In this document: piece after piece, positions 43,493-55,193 of the stretch
Position numbering within the stretch: the first letter of the stretch is position 1
How the letters are laid out: each line of letters starts with the position of its first letter
Origin: Gammaproteobacteria bacterium
GTDB lineage: Bacteria > Pseudomonadota > Gammaproteobacteria > S012-40
Assembly: GCA_015487785.1 (NCBI GenBank)
Contig: WFPC01000041.1
Location: 31,592 to 95,591, forward strand
Length of the DNA: 64,000 nt
Reading direction: 5' to 3'
Position numbers and translations under genes: made by a program
Notes under the pieces: model-generated
Told to the model about the DNA's origin: nothing
What the model saw: only the letters and a program-made list of their open reading frames with translations
The model's database searches: none

Positions 43493-45889
43493 ATGAAACG
43501 GCTTCGCAAACTGATCAAATGGCTGGGCATCGCCGGCCTGGTGGGCAGCCTGCTGGGTGTGCTGGCCATCGTCGGCATGTTCTATTACGTGAGCCCCCGT
43601 CTGCCGCCCATCGACAGCCTCAAGGACGTGCGTTTCCAGGTGCCCCTGCGGGTCTATTCCGCCGATGGCAGGCTGATGGCCGAATTCGGCGAGAAGCGCC
43701 GTTCGCCGCTGCGCTACGAGCAGATTCCACCGTTGTTGATCAAGGCCGTCCTGGGCGCGGAGGACGATCGTTTCTTCGAGCATCCGGGGGTGGATTATCA
43801 AGGTATCCTGCGGGCGGTAGGCCTGTTGCTGCTGACCGGTGAAAAGGCCCAGGGCGGCAGTACCATCACCATGCAGGTAGCGCGTAATTTCTTCCTCAGT
43901 CGGGAAAAGACCTTTCTGCGCAAGTTCAGTGAAATCCTGCTGGCCTTGAAAATCGAAAAGGCCTTGTCCAAGCAGGAAATCCTCGAGCTCTACCTGAACA
44001 AGATCTACCTGGGCAATCGCGCCTATGGCGTGGGTGCCGCGGCCAAGGTGTATTATGGCAAGCCCATAGACGAACTCAGCCTGCCGGAGCTGGCCATGAT
44101 TGCCGGCCTGCCCAAGGCGCCGTCGCGCTACAACCCCATCGTCAATCCCCAGCGGGCGGTGCTGCGGCGCAACTACGTCTTGGGCCGCATGCGCCAACTG
44201 GGTTTCATCGACGAGGCCACATACCAGGCAGCGGTGAAGGCCCCGGTGACGGCCCGGTTGCATCGCCAGGCCCCGGAGCTGGAAGCGCCCTATGCGGCGG
44301 AGATGGCGCGCAAGTTCATGCTGCAACGTTATGGCAACGGAGCCTATACCGAGGGTTACCGGGTCTATACCACGATCGATTCACGTCTGCAGGCCAAGGC
44401 CAACCGGGCTCTACGCTACAATCTGCTGGCCTACGAGGAGCGCCACGGTTATCGCGGGCCGGAACAGCATCTCGATGCGCTGGATTACTCCGAGCCACAA
44501 CAATGGGAAGCCGCGCTACAGCAACGTCCCCGGGTGCCGCTGTTGCATGCCGGTGTGGTGATTGAGGTGGGCGAGCGTTCGGCGCTGGTGTATCTGCGCG
44601 GAGGGCGTATCGCCCATTTGTGCTGGCGCGGCCTGCGCTGGGCCGCGCCCTATGTGGACGGTAACCGGCCGGGACGCGCTCCCCGGCGAGCCGGTGATAT
44701 CCTGGCGGCAGGCGATGTGATCCGGCTGTACGATGCCGGGGGCGGGCGCTGGAGCCTGGGCCAGATTCCCCAGGTGGAAGGAGCCCTGGTATCGCTGCGG
44801 CCACGCGACGGCGCCATCATCAGCGTGGTGGGCGGCTACGATTTCTACCGCAGCAAGTTCAATCGCGCCGCCCAGGCCAGGCGCCAGCCGGGTTCCAACT
44901 TCAAGCCCTTCATCTATTCCGCCGCCCTGGAACGGGGCTATACCGCGGCCACCCTGATCAACGATGCGCCGGTGGTGTTCCGTGATCCCGGCCTGGAAGA
45001 CATCTGGCGTCCGGAGAACTACAGTGGCAAGTTCTTTGGCCCCACCCGCTTGCGTGAGGCCCTGGTGAAGTCACGCAACCTGGTCTCCATCCGTATCCTG
45101 CGTTCCATCGGTGTACCCTATGCCTTGAATTATGTGAAGCGCTTCGGGTTCGATCCACGCGAGCTGCCGCGCAACCTGTCGCTGGCCCTGGGCAGCGCCA
45201 GCCTCACGCCCTTGCAGATCGTGCGTGGCTATGCGGTGTTCGCCAACGGTGGGTATTTGGTCGAGCCCTATATCGTGGCCCGGGTGGAGGACAACGACGG
45301 CCAGGTGCTGTTCGAGGCCGATCCGGCGGTGGTATGCGAGCGGGATTGCAGTGTGGAAAGCGAGGACGGTGGCTTGCGCTTGCTGCGCAAGGCGCCGCGC
45401 ACGGTTTCGCCGGAGAATGTCTACATCATGACCAGTATCATGCAGGACATCGTCAAGCGGGGTACCGGCCGCCGGGCGCGGGTGCTCAAGCGAGGCGATC
45501 TGGCGGGCAAGACCGGCACCACCAATGACCAGCGCGATGCCTGGTTCTCCGGCTTCAATCCCGACGTGGTGGCTACTGCCTGGGTGGGGTTCGACGAACC
45601 CCGCCCCCTGGGGGATCACGAGACCGGTGGGCGCGCGGCCCTGCCCATGTGGATCAGCTTCATGCGGGAGGCCCTCAAGGGCCTGCCGGAAAAACCCCTG
45701 GTGCAACCGCCCGGCATCGTCACCGTGCGTATCGATCCCAAGACCGGCTTGCTGGCGGGACCGGATTTCCCCGGTGCCATCTTCGAGATTTTCCGCGAGC
45801 AGAACGTGCCCACCCAGAAAGTGGAACACGACCGTCAGGCCCAGGAGCAAGCGGAGGACATGGGCGGCAATATTCTCGAGTTGTTTTGA
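43493..45889 (+). CDS. mrcA: Penicillin-binding protein 1A (bifunctional glycosyltransferase/transpeptidase)
   Basis: Start is at MKRLRKLIKW followed by a TM segment. The GT51 motifs (EDDRFFEHPG, RQGGSTITMQ) and the transpeptidase motifs SNFKP and KTG are present. Confidence 0.95.
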   Translation: MKRLRKLIKWLGIAGLVGSLLGVLAIVGMFYYVSPRLPPIDSLKDVRFQVPLRVYSADGRLMAEFGEKRRSPLRYEQIPPLLIKAVLGAEDDRFFEHPGVDYQGILRAVGLLLLTGEKAQGGSTITMQVARNFFLSREKTFLRKFSEILLALKIEKALSKQEILELYLNKIYLGNRAYGVGAAAKVYYGKPIDELSLPELAMIAGLPKAPSRYNPIVNPQRAVLRRNYVLGRMRQLGFIDEATYQAAVKAPVTARLHRQAPELEAPYAAEMARKFMLQRYGNGAYTEGYRVYTTIDSRLQAKANRALRYNLLAYEERHGYRGPEQHLDALDYSEPQQWEAALQQRPRVPLLHAGVVIEVGERSALVYLRGGRIAHLCWRGLRWAAPYVDGNRPGRAPRRAGDILAAGDVIRLYDAGGGRWSLGQIPQVEGALVSLRPRDGAIISVVGGYDFYRSKFNRAAQARRQPGSNFKPFIYSAALERGYTAATLINDAPVVFRDPGLEDIWRPENYSGKFFGPTRLREALVKSRNLVSIRILRSIGVPYALNYVKRFGFDPRELPRNLSLALGSASLTPLQIVRGYAVFANGGYLVEPYIVARVEDNDGQVLFEADPAVVCERDCSVESEDGGLRLLRKAPRTVSPENVYIMTSIMQDIVKRGTGRRARVLKRGDLAGKTGTTNDQRDAWFSGFNPDVVATAWVGFDEPRPLGDHETGGRAALPMWISFMREALKGLPEKPLVQPPGIVTVRIDPKTGLLAGPDFPGAIFEIFREQNVPTQKVEHDRQAQEQAEDMGGNILELF

Positions 45890-45891
45890 CA

Positions 45892-46511
45892 TGAGCAGAT
45901 ACCAGCGCGATCACACGGGCCAATTGCGCCGGCAATTGGCGCAACTGGCGGCACGCATCATGGCGGAGGAAGAACTGGCGGATTTCCATCTGGCCAAGCG
46001 TAAGGCGGCATCACGCATGGGTGTGGATGTGCGCAAACTGCTGCCCAGCAACGTGGAGATCGAGGCCGAGTTGCGTGCCTACAGGGCTTTGTTCCAGGGC
46101 GAGGAGCACGCTGCCCACCTGCGCCGCCTGCGGGAGGCCGCGCGGGAGGCGATGCGTTTCTTTGCGGCATTTCGGCCCTTGCTGGTGGGCCCGGTACTGG
46201 AAGGCACCGCCGGTGAGCACGGGGTGGTGAGCTTGCATCTGTACGTGGATACGCCGGAGGCATTGGGCCTGTTCCTGCTGGAACAAGGCATTCCCCATGA
46301 GTTGGCAGAAGTGAGCCTGCGCATGGCCGGCGGGCGTCGGCCGTTTCCCGCGGTGCATTTCATGGCCGGCGATGTGGCCATGGAGCTGGTGATGCTGCCG
46401 GCTGAGGGCGGTCGCCAGCCGCCGCTCAGTCCGGTGGATGGGCGGCCCATGAAACGGGCCAGTCTGCGTCAGCTCGAAGCCTTGCTGGGCACGGAACCCC
46501 CGTCCGGATGA
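45892..46511 (+). CDS. Hypothetical protein (206 aa) immediately downstream of mrcA
   Basis: The ATG lies 3 nt after the mrcA stop. The protein has plausible composition but no motif I recognise. Confidence 0.45.
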
Positions 46512-46564
46512 TATTTCCAAATTCCACCAACTGGGTCGTAGCGGCTCGGAAACATTGCTTCTGT

Positions 46565-46578
46565 CCTGCAGGCAGGGT

Positions 46579-46591
<13 letters not shown>
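46565..46591. terminator. Hairpin cctgcaggc-agggttcaa-gcctgcggg between convergent genes (overlaps the malic enzyme stop)
   Basis: An imperfect 9-bp stem was read from the sequence. No clear T-run follows. Confidence 0.3.
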
Positions 46592-47844
<1,253 letters not shown>

Positions 47845-47892
47845 TCAAATCAGACTGCTGTATTATCGGCACGGGGGCGTGGCGGCTATAGT

Positions 47893-48723
47893 CTACTCGA
47901 TAATCTCCAGGGCCGCCGGGTGGCGTAGGCGCAGATCGAGCCCATCACGGTAGGGGAACATCCAGCCCTTGGCGATCACCCGCTTGTCCAGCAGTTTTTC
48001 CAGCATGCCGGCAGGGAAATAGCGTCGGTCGCGTTTTTCGATGCGCAGGGCGAGTTTGTCCGACAAGCGCAGCCAGATGCGGCCCCTGTTCCGTTCGATG
48101 GCCTGTATCTGGCCGCTGACACGATAGAACCCGGTAGTATCTCGTCGCACCTGGCGGGCTTCCAGGGGCCGGTAGCGTGGGTGTTGCCACAGACCGCGGC
48201 GGGCCCGGCGGGCCTCGCGTTCCTTGGCGGCATAACAGTCGGTGCGCCAGAGGTTGGGGGGCTCCAGGCTGTGGATGGCCAGGCCCTGTTCCAGAAGCCA
48301 GGCCTGCACATTGGTGCCGTCGGGCAGAAACACGTGGCTCAGCAGGCGCTTGTATTTGTCGCGCCGGCGTCGATCATGGCGCAGCAACAGGGTTTTGTCG
48401 CCAATGAGCTGTTGCAGGCGTTTTTTGGCCTGCTCACCGAAGGGTTCGGCAGGTTTGTTGCCGCGGGCGATCTCGGGGGTGTTGATGGCGCTGAAACGGA
48501 CCCTGCGGCCATCGCCCAGGCGGATGGTGTCGCCGTCGATCACCCGCGCCAGGGTCGCGATCTCGTCGGCGCGGTCCAGGCTGCAATCCGCCGCCAGGCT
48601 GACCTGCTGGCTCGACAGCAGGGCACCGAGCAGGACAAGGCAACGGAAAAAGCAGCCTCCGGCAGGTGTGCCGGAAGCACGGGGGTTACTTGATGCCGTA
48701 TTTTTGACGGAACTTGTCCACAC
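47893..48723 (-). CDS. Secreted thermonuclease (SNase-like) family protein; start uncertain
   Basis: The product has a signal peptide ([21 protein letters not shown]) and an SNase core ([24 protein letters not shown]). No in-frame ATG lies near the signal peptide. A GTG at 48723 is proposed, which would overlap the rpmE 3' end. Confidence 0.6.
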   Translation of the reverse strand: MWTSSVKNTASSNPRASGTPAGGCFFRCLVLLGALLSSQQVSLAADCSLDRADEIATLARVIDGDTIRLGDGRRVRFSAINTPEIARGNKPAEPFGEQAKKRLQQLIGDKTLLLRHDRRRRDKYKRLLSHVFLPDGTNVQAWLLEQGLAIHSLEPPNLWRTDCYAAKEREARRARRGLWQHPRYRPLEARQVRRDTTGFYRVSGQIQAIERNRGRIWLRLSDKLALRIEKRDRRYFPAGMLEKLLDKRVIAKGWMFPYRDGLDLRLRHPAALEIIE

Positions 48724-48889
48724 GACCCGCGGTATCGACGATCTTCTGCTTGCCGGTGTAGAAGGGATGGCAGGCAGAACACACATCCAGTTGCAGATCC
48801 TTGCCGCTGGTGGAGCGGGTCTTGAACGTATTGCCGCAACTACAGGTTACGGTCACTTCCTCGTAGGCAGGATGGATATCTGCTTTCAT
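48686..48889 (-). CDS. rpmE: 50S ribosomal protein L31 (Zn-ribbon type)
   Basis: The product is [65 protein letters not shown] with CxC...CxxC. Confidence 0.9.
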   Translation of the reverse strand: MKADIHPAYEEVTVTCSCGNTFKTRSTSGKDLQLDVCSACHPFYTGKQKIVDTAGRVDKFRQKYGIK

Positions 48890-49052
48890 CGCTTGAAACC
48901 TCTGTTTGATCCGGCGCCACGCCGCCATCGGGCCCCGTGCCCGACACCGCGCAGTCGAAAGGGCGCCGATTATAAACGGGCCGCCCCGCGCCCTGCAAGT
49001 TTCTTTCTTCGGGATTCGTGTACAGGGGAGCGGCTGTGATAGAATCGGGCGT

Positions 49053-50372
49053 ATGAAAGCAAGCGAAGCTCTGGCCAAGATTCCAGTGGTCAGCGTGGCC
49101 AAGGACAAGCACGATCCGCGGGGCCTGCGCCGTGCGCGCTATCTGGTACAGTTCGCCACCCTGGTGGCCCTGATTCTCATTCCCGCCTCGGGCCTGTTCC
49201 GCATCGATATGTCGTCCGGCTTCATCGTGCTGGACCGCCAGATATGGTTTTCCGACTTTCTCATCGTGTTCGGCCTGTGGCTGGCCATTGCCTGCACCCT
49301 GATCCTGGTCTATTCCACCCTGGGCACGGTATTCTGTGGCTGGGTATGCCCGCAGAACACCTTTTCCTCCCTGGCCAATCATTTCACCTTCAAGCATCTG
49401 GGCAAGCGCGCGGTGATCGATTGGCATAACAAGGACAAGGCCAAGCTGGCGGCGCGCAAGAATCACCTGGGCAACTGGGTGCTGCTGGGGCTCAAGCTGT
49501 TGGCCATGGCCATGTTGGTGGCCTTGATTCCCCTGTTCTATTTCTATCCCCCCGAGGCGGTGTGGGCCTTCATGACCTTTTCCGAGGATGCCCGCCTCGC
49601 TGGCAGTCTGCACTGGATCTACACGGTGTTCGTGTTCATCCTGTTCGTCAATTTCGCCGTGATCCGGCATTTCACCTGTCGCTACATGTGCATCTATCGT
49701 ATGTGGCAGTTCCTGTTCAAGACCAAGGACACCCTGCACATCGAATACGATGCCAGCCGTTCCGCCGACTGTGAGAAATGCCAGTATTGTCTCACCGCCT
49801 GCATGGTGGAGATCGATCCCCGCAAGACCAGTACCTACGACAGTTGTACCAATTGCGGTGCCTGTATCACCGCCTGTGACACCATGCACGCCAAGAAGGG
49901 TGAGAAGGGTCTGTTGCGGTTCAAGTTCGGCCCGCGCAGCGACAAGGATGCCGATCCCGCCCGCTCCATCGCCACGGTCAAGGAGCGCCTGGCCTGGGTG
50001 ATGCCGGTGTGGTTGCTGGGGATGGGCTTGTTCGCCTGGGGGCTTTACAGCTACCAGCCCTATCATCTGACGGCCTACAAGGCTTCCAAGGCCCATGGCC
50101 AGCAAATCAATGAATACCGGATCAACCTGGCTTCCAAGGTACTGCATCCGGCCACCCTGCAGATCAGTGTGGAAGGGCTGGATCCGGCGCAATATCAACT
50201 GAGCAAGCAGAGGGTGCATTTCGACACCGCCGGCCGGGAAGACGTCTTCGTCCGTCTCGAGCCCATGCCGGCGGGCCTGCACACCTTTCTGGTGCGCGCC
50301 CGTGCCGACGATGGCTGGGAGGCGAGCTACCGCTTGCAACACTATGTGGCCGAGGGACGTAAAGATGAGTGA
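49053..50372 (+). CDS. ccoG: CcoG/FixG-like cbb3 oxidase accessory ferredoxin membrane protein
   Basis: The product has multiple TM helices and two 4Fe-4S ferredoxin motifs ([11 protein letters not shown] and [11 protein letters not shown]). Confidence 0.8.
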   Translation: MKASEALAKIPVVSVAKDKHDPRGLRRARYLVQFATLVALILIPASGLFRIDMSSGFIVLDRQIWFSDFLIVFGLWLAIACTLILVYSTLGTVFCGWVCPQNTFSSLANHFTFKHLGKRAVIDWHNKDKAKLAARKNHLGNWVLLGLKLLAMAMLVALIPLFYFYPPEAVWAFMTFSEDARLAGSLHWIYTVFVFILFVNFAVIRHFTCRYMCIYRMWQFLFKTKDTLHIEYDASRSADCEKCQYCLTACMVEIDPRKTSTYDSCTNCGACITACDTMHAKKGEKGLLRFKFGPRSDKDADPARSIATVKERLAWVMPVWLLGMGLFAWGLYSYQPYHLTAYKASKAHGQQINEYRINLASKVLHPATLQISVEGLDPAQYQLSKQRVHFDTAGREDVFVRLEPMPAGLHTFLVRARADDGWEASYRLQHYVAEGRKDE

Positions 50373-50787
50373 CAAGAAAGACATCAAGGACTGGAAGATC
50401 AACCAGTCGGAGACCCAATGGGGCGAGGTGCCGGAGGACAACTTCGGCTATGAGGACGACGAGGAGCGTCGCAACAAGCGTGGCCTGGAGGATTGGGAGC
50501 TGGTGCAGACCATGGAAGAGACCTCCACTTCCATTCCCTACTGGTTCATCGCCATCTTCATCCTGTTGTTGCTGATCGCCATCGGCCTGACCTTTCCCTT
50601 CTGGGGCAACCGTCCGGGCTTCGAGCGGCCTTGGTTCGACTGGGGTATTCCCGCCGGTGCCGCCTGGGTCATCGTGATGAGTTTCCTCATCTATTATTTC
50701 GTGGATCTGCGCCACGTGCTGAAGCGCAAGAAAGAAGAACGGGAAAAGGCCGCCCGGCAACAGCGTGAGGAATCGAAGCAGCAATGA
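50365..50787 (+). CDS. Small membrane protein of the ccoG cluster (FixP_N/CcoQ-like?)
   Basis: The product has an acidic N-terminus, a TM segment IPYWFIAIFILLLLIAIGL and a K/E-rich C-terminus. It overlaps the ccoG stop (ATGA). Family assignment is tentative. Confidence 0.45.
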   Translation: MSDKKDIKDWKINQSETQWGEVPEDNFGYEDDEERRNKRGLEDWELVQTMEETSTSIPYWFIAIFILLLLIAIGLTFPFWGNRPGFERPWFDWGIPAGAAWVIVMSFLIYYFVDLRHVLKRKKEEREKAARQQREESKQQ

Positions 50788-51098
50788 AGGGTGATCTCCA
50801 CAGGCAGCGTCTCGCGCTGCCGGCCATGATTTGTATGCTGGCTCTGAGCGCATGGCCCCTGAGCAGCGCCGAGGCCACGGCCAAGCTGCCCGAGCCTGGC
50901 AGTCCGGGTGCCCAGATACTGAAGCGTTATTGCGGCGATTGTCATGGCCCGCCCAGCCCCCATGCCCACCGGAGCGACGAATGGGCCAACGTGATCTACC
51001 GCATGCAGAACCATCGGGTGATGCGCGCCATGAACCCGGTGCCCGAGAAGGAATATCAGCAATTGCTGGCCTATCTGAAAAAACACGCGAGGCCCTAG
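50784..51098 (+). CDS. Small mono-heme c-type cytochrome
   Basis: The product has a signal peptide and a single CXXCH motif (YCGDCHG). Confidence 0.55.
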   Translation: MKGDLHRQRLALPAMICMLALSAWPLSSAEATAKLPEPGSPGAQILKRYCGDCHGPPSPHAHRSDEWANVIYRMQNHRVMRAMNPVPEKEYQQLLAYLKKHARP

Positions 51099-51482
51099 AT
51101 GCTCCGAGTACTCCTGGTTTCCCTGACCCTTGCTCTGCTGACGGCCTGTGCCGGCGAGGTGGTCACCTCACCGACACAGCAGTGGAAGGATATGTCGTTT
51201 CGCATCGAGACCCGCCCGCCCACCATCAAGCCTGGGATGATCGAGTTTCTGGTCATTGCCAACCGGGGCGAGCGCAAGCGGGCGCACGATTTACTGGTCT
51301 CCCTGCGTATCGGTGAGCAGGGACGCTGGACTCAGGCCATACAGGACGGTGCGGTGGGCGTCTATCGGCGGGCTTTGCGGGTGAACGACCCTGCCAGCGA
51401 TGTGCTGAACGTATACATTCGCTACAAGAACGAGGAAACCATCCTCAAGTTCCCGCTGGATTTCGGCCTGCCCAAGAGCTAA
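51099..51482 (+). CDS. Lipoprotein (possibly FixH-like)
   Basis: The product has a lipobox LLTAC. Its start lies immediately after the cytochrome gene stop. The 127-aa protein looks beta-rich. Confidence 0.45.
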   Translation: MLRVLLVSLTLALLTACAGEVVTSPTQQWKDMSFRIETRPPTIKPGMIEFLVIANRGERKRAHDLLVSLRIGEQGRWTQAIQDGAVGVYRRALRVNDPASDVLNVYIRYKNEETILKFPLDFGLPKS

Positions 51483-52684
51483 CCCGAACGTGCGCTGCAA
51501 ACCCGGTTGCGGCCGTTCTTCTTGGCTCGGTAGAGGGCCTGGTCTGCCGTCTTGATCACGGACTCGCTGGTCTGTCCGCCGGTATTGTCCGCCAGCCCGA
51601 TGCTGATGGTCACCCGCGCCGTCCCCTGTTTGCGGCTTTTGCCACGGGGGGCCTGGCGCAGCACCAGCCGGCTTTCGGCGATGGTCGCGCGCAGATCTTC
51701 CAGCACGGCCTGGGCCTTGGCGCTCTCCCGGCCGGGCAGGACCACGCAGAACTCCTCGCCGCCGTAACGATAGGCCCGTGCCCGGCCCGGCAGGCGCCGC
51801 ATTTTGCTCGCCACCAGGCGCAATACCTGGTCACCCACATCGTGCCCGTGACGGTCGTTGAATTTCTTGAAGTGATCCACGTCCAGCATGGCTAGCGCAT
51901 AAGGGCCGCGCAGGCGGCTCAGGGCCTCGTTGAGCGCGCGGCGACCCGGCAGGCCGGTGAGTTCGTCCCTGTAGGCGATGACATAGGCGTGATGCAGCAA
52001 ACCGGCCAGCAGCAGGATCTGGGCCAGGCCAAACAGCACGGCCAAATCCTGGGCGGAGGTGGATGCTGACTGGTTCAGGGCCAGGGCCACGGTGAACAGG
52101 CAGGCCAGGAACAGCCGCTCGAATACCTGTTGACGCAGTGCAATCAATAGCAGCATACCCCCAGCGCTCGAGGCGAAGATGAGCAGTACCACGGGTGGCA
52201 GATTGATCCAGGCGGGCAGTTGCTCTGTACCGGGCGGCTTGGCCGCGAGCAGTCCTTGCAGCAGCGCTGGCGCATAAGCGTGCGAGCCGGCCAGCAAGGC
52301 CGCGAGGAGGACGAGCAGACCCAGCAGCGGGCGCAGGTGGTGTTCATGGAACAGGGCCAGCAGCAGCATGGCAAGGGCCAGCCAGGCACCGAGCAGGGTG
52401 GGCAGCTCGGGTTGCCTGGCCAGTGCGGGCCACAGCTTGCCGATGTCGCCCGTCAGAGTGGCGTAGTACAGGGCCAGCAACAGGGCAAACAGCCCGCTGC
52501 GCGGACGACGATAGAGCAGCCCGAGGGCCACCACGGCGAAGGTCAGGAAATAAGGCAGCAAGGGTAATTGAAGCAGGACTTGTCCCGGCAATTGCCGGCT
52601 GAAGGGGGCCAGGGTATAGGCCGTGGCCAGTCCCAGCAGGGGTAACAGGCTGTTGCCCAGAGGGTTGTGGATGATTGCGCGCAT
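51479..52684 (-). CDS. Membrane-anchored GGDEF diguanylate cyclase
   Basis: The N-terminal half has about 7 TM helices. The C-terminal GGDEF domain contains RYGGEEF and an RxxD-like I-site region. Confidence 0.85.
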   Translation of the reverse strand: MRAIIHNPLGNSLLPLLGLATAYTLAPFSRQLPGQVLLQLPLLPYFLTFAVVALGLLYRRPRSGLFALLLALYYATLTGDIGKLWPALARQPELPTLLGAWLALAMLLLALFHEHHLRPLLGLLVLLAALLAGSHAYAPALLQGLLAAKPPGTEQLPAWINLPPVVLLIFASSAGGMLLLIALRQQVFERLFLACLFTVALALNQSASTSAQDLAVLFGLAQILLLAGLLHHAYVIAYRDELTGLPGRRALNEALSRLRGPYALAMLDVDHFKKFNDRHGHDVGDQVLRLVASKMRRLPGRARAYRYGGEEFCVVLPGRESAKAQAVLEDLRATIAESRLVLRQAPRGKSRKQGTARVTISIGLADNTGGQTSESVIKTADQALYRAKKNGRNRVCSARSG

Positions 52685-52756
52685 GCTGCTCCCGGCGAAC
52701 GGTTTCCCCTGTTATCGCCGTTCCCGCGCGGGACTTGAGCCCGTGTGTGAGCGATG

Positions 52757-54277
52757 TCAGCCGAGAAACAGGCGGTAGGCGGCGTTGTCGCTCTCGGGCC
52801 AGTAACTGTAGCCCAGTTCCTCGAGAAAGGCCTGGAATTCTTCCTGTTCCGATGGCGGCACTTGCATGCCTACCAGAACCCGCCCATAGGCGGCGCCGTG
52901 ATTGCGGTAGTGGAACAGGCTGATGTTCCACTGCTGGCCGATGTGGGTGAGAAAGCGCAGCAGGGCGCCGGGTCGTTCCGGAAACTCGAAGCGGTAGATC
53001 TGTTCATGTTTGGCGCCGGCGGCATGGCCGCCCACCATGTGGCGGATATGCAGCTTGGCCAGCTCGTTGTCGCTGAGGTCGATCACCGGGTAGCCATCCT
53101 TGCGCAGGCGTTCGATCAGGGCCTGTTTTTCATCCACGCCCTCGCGCAACTGGATACCGGCGAACACGTGGGCCTGTTGGCTGTCGGCGTAACGGTAGTT
53201 GAATTCGGTGATGCTGCGCTGGCCGATGCTGTGGCAAAAGCGGCGAAAGCTGCCCGGTTGCTCGGGAATGGTGACCGCCAACAGGGCCTCGGCCTGCTCG
53301 CCCAGCTCGGCGCGCTCGGTGACGTGGCGCAGGCGGTCGAAGTTCATGTTGGCGCCGCTCTCGATGGCGACCAGGTGCCGATCGCGAATGCCTTCGCGCT
53401 CCACGTACTTGGTCAGACCTGCCAGGGCCAGGGCGCCGGCGGGCTCGGCGATGGAGCGGGTGTCGTCGAAGATGTGCTTGATGGCGGCGCAGATTTCGTC
53501 GGTGCTGGCCAGGATGACCTCGTCCACCAGATCCCGCACCAGGCGGAAGGGCTCTTCGCCCACCTGGCGCACGGCCACCCCGTCGGCGAAGATGCCCACC
53601 TGATCCAGCTTGATCCGCTCGCCGGCGGCCAGGGCCTGGTAGAGACAGGCCGCGTCGTCCGGCTCCACGCCGATAATCTTGATCTCTGGAAACAGGCGCT
53701 TGACGTAACAGGCCACTCCGGCCAGCAAGCCACCGCCACCCACCGGCACGAAGATGGCGTGGATGTCGCCCTGGTGCTGGCGCAGGATCTCCATGGCCAC
53801 GGTGCCCTGGCCGGCGATCACATCGGGGTCGTCGTAGGGATGGATGAAGGTGAGTTGACGCTGCTGGGCCAGTTGCCGGGCATGTTCATAGGCATCATCG
53901 TAGGTGGTGCCGTGCAATACCACTTCGGCGCCCATTTCGCCCACTGCATTGACCTTGATGGGGGGCGTGGTCTTGGGCATCACGATCACCGCATGGATGT
54001 CCATGCGCTGGGCCGCCAGGGCCACGCCCTGGGCGTGATTGCCCGCCGAGGCGGCGATCACGCCTTTCTCGCGCCGGCTGGGATCGAGCAGGGCGATCTT
54101 GTTGTAGGCACCACGCAGCTTGAAGGAAAAGACCGGTTGCAGGTCTTCGCGTTTCAGCCACACAGTGTTGCCGAGTCGCTTGGACAGGCCCGGTGCCTTT
54201 TCCAGCGGTGTCACCCTGGCCACGTCGTAGACGCGGGCGCGCAGTATTTTTTCCAGATAGCCTGATTCCATCGGCAT
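52757..54277 (-). CDS. ilvA: Biosynthetic threonine dehydratase (with two C-terminal ACT-like regulatory domains)
   Basis: The 506-aa product has the PLP lysine motif SFKLRGA and aligns with E. coli IlvA from the N-terminus. Confidence 0.95.
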   Translation of the reverse strand: MPMESGYLEKILRARVYDVARVTPLEKAPGLSKRLGNTVWLKREDLQPVFSFKLRGAYNKIALLDPSRREKGVIAASAGNHAQGVALAAQRMDIHAVIVMPKTTPPIKVNAVGEMGAEVVLHGTTYDDAYEHARQLAQQRQLTFIHPYDDPDVIAGQGTVAMEILRQHQGDIHAIFVPVGGGGLLAGVACYVKRLFPEIKIIGVEPDDAACLYQALAAGERIKLDQVGIFADGVAVRQVGEEPFRLVRDLVDEVILASTDEICAAIKHIFDDTRSIAEPAGALALAGLTKYVEREGIRDRHLVAIESGANMNFDRLRHVTERAELGEQAEALLAVTIPEQPGSFRRFCHSIGQRSITEFNYRYADSQQAHVFAGIQLREGVDEKQALIERLRKDGYPVIDLSDNELAKLHIRHMVGGHAAGAKHEQIYRFEFPERPGALLRFLTHIGQQWNISLFHYRNHGAAYGRVLVGMQVPPSEQEEFQAFLEELGYSYWPESDNAAYRLFLG

Positions 54278-54289
54278 AAACTCAGGGAA

Positions 54290-54443
54290 CCTCTGATCAA
54301 TTCGTGAATACTTGCTGAGCGGCTGGAGTTTCCGGCTTCCGCGTTGTGAATCTTGACAATAGTACCAGCTATTCCCTGCGATTTACGCCTTGAATCCGAA
54401 AATTCTATCTCGCTCATGCATTCCACTCAGAATTGATCAGAGG
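54290..54443. promoter_or_regulatory. Pair of ~24-bp imperfect inverted repeats (perfect 14-bp core cctctgatcaattc / gaattgatcagagg) bracketing 125 bp of the ilvA/rpiA divergent region
   Basis: The left arm is at 54290-54303 and the right arm at 54430-54443, with extended matches ggaAcctctgatcaattcGtga / tcaCgaattgatcagaggCtcc. A TTGACA lies at ~54354. Confidence 0.4.
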
Positions 54444-54526
54444 CTCCTGACGAAAACATCCGGGTCGGTAAGGACGGGTTTGTTGTAGAATTGTCGCCAA
54501 AGCCTATTTACAGACGAGGAGGACTC

Positions 54527-55183
54527 ATGTCTCAAGACGATTTGAAGCGCGCGGCCGCCGAAGCGGCGCTGGATTATATCGAGCCTGGCAGCATTGTAGG
54601 CGTGGGCACCGGTTCCACGGTGAATTATTTCATCGATGCCCTGGCACGGGTCAAGCACAAGATCGAGGCCACGGTATCCAGCTCCGAGGCGTCCACCGAG
54701 CGTCTCAAGGCCCACGGCATCCTGGTGGAAGACCTCAACATGGTCGACGAGCTGGCGGTCTACGTGGATGGCGCCGACGAGGTCACCCGTCACATGCATA
54801 TGATCAAGGGCGGCGGCGGTGCCCTGACGCGAGAGAAAATCGTCGCCGCGGTGGCCGACAAGTTTGTGTGCATCGTCGACGAGAGCAAGCTGGTGGACAT
54901 GCTGGGACGCTTTCCCCTGCCCATCGAGGTGATCCCCATGGCGCGCAGCTATGTGGCCCGCGAACTGGTCAAGCTCGGTGGTCAGCCGGTATACCGCGAG
55001 GGTTTCGTCACCGACAACGGCAACATCATCCTCGATGTGCACAACCTGGAGATTCTCGACCCGCCGGCGCTGGAGGCCGAGCTCAACCAGATCGTGGGCG
55101 TGGTCACCAACGGCCTGTTCGCCCGCCGTGGCGCCGACGTGGTCTTGCTGGGCACCGAGCAGGGCGTGAAGACCCTGGACTGA
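54527..55183 (+). CDS. rpiA: Ribose-5-phosphate isomerase A
   Basis: The product starts [39 protein letters not shown] and is RpiA along its full length. Confidence 0.9.
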   Translation: MSQDDLKRAAAEAALDYIEPGSIVGVGTGSTVNYFIDALARVKHKIEATVSSSEASTERLKAHGILVEDLNMVDELAVYVDGADEVTRHMHMIKGGGGALTREKIVAAVADKFVCIVDESKLVDMLGRFPLPIEVIPMARSYVARELVKLGGQPVYREGFVTDNGNIILDVHNLEILDPPALEAELNQIVGVVTNGLFARRGADVVLLGTEQGVKTLD

Positions 55184-55193
55184 GCAGCGGGAG

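Noticed and set aside
43199-44326. 375-aa minus-strand ORF spanning the nested-hairpin element and the mrcA 5' region
   Set aside because: It is antisense to a clearly homologous PBP1A, its composition is junk (H/R/G/Q-rich), and it has no recognisable domain.
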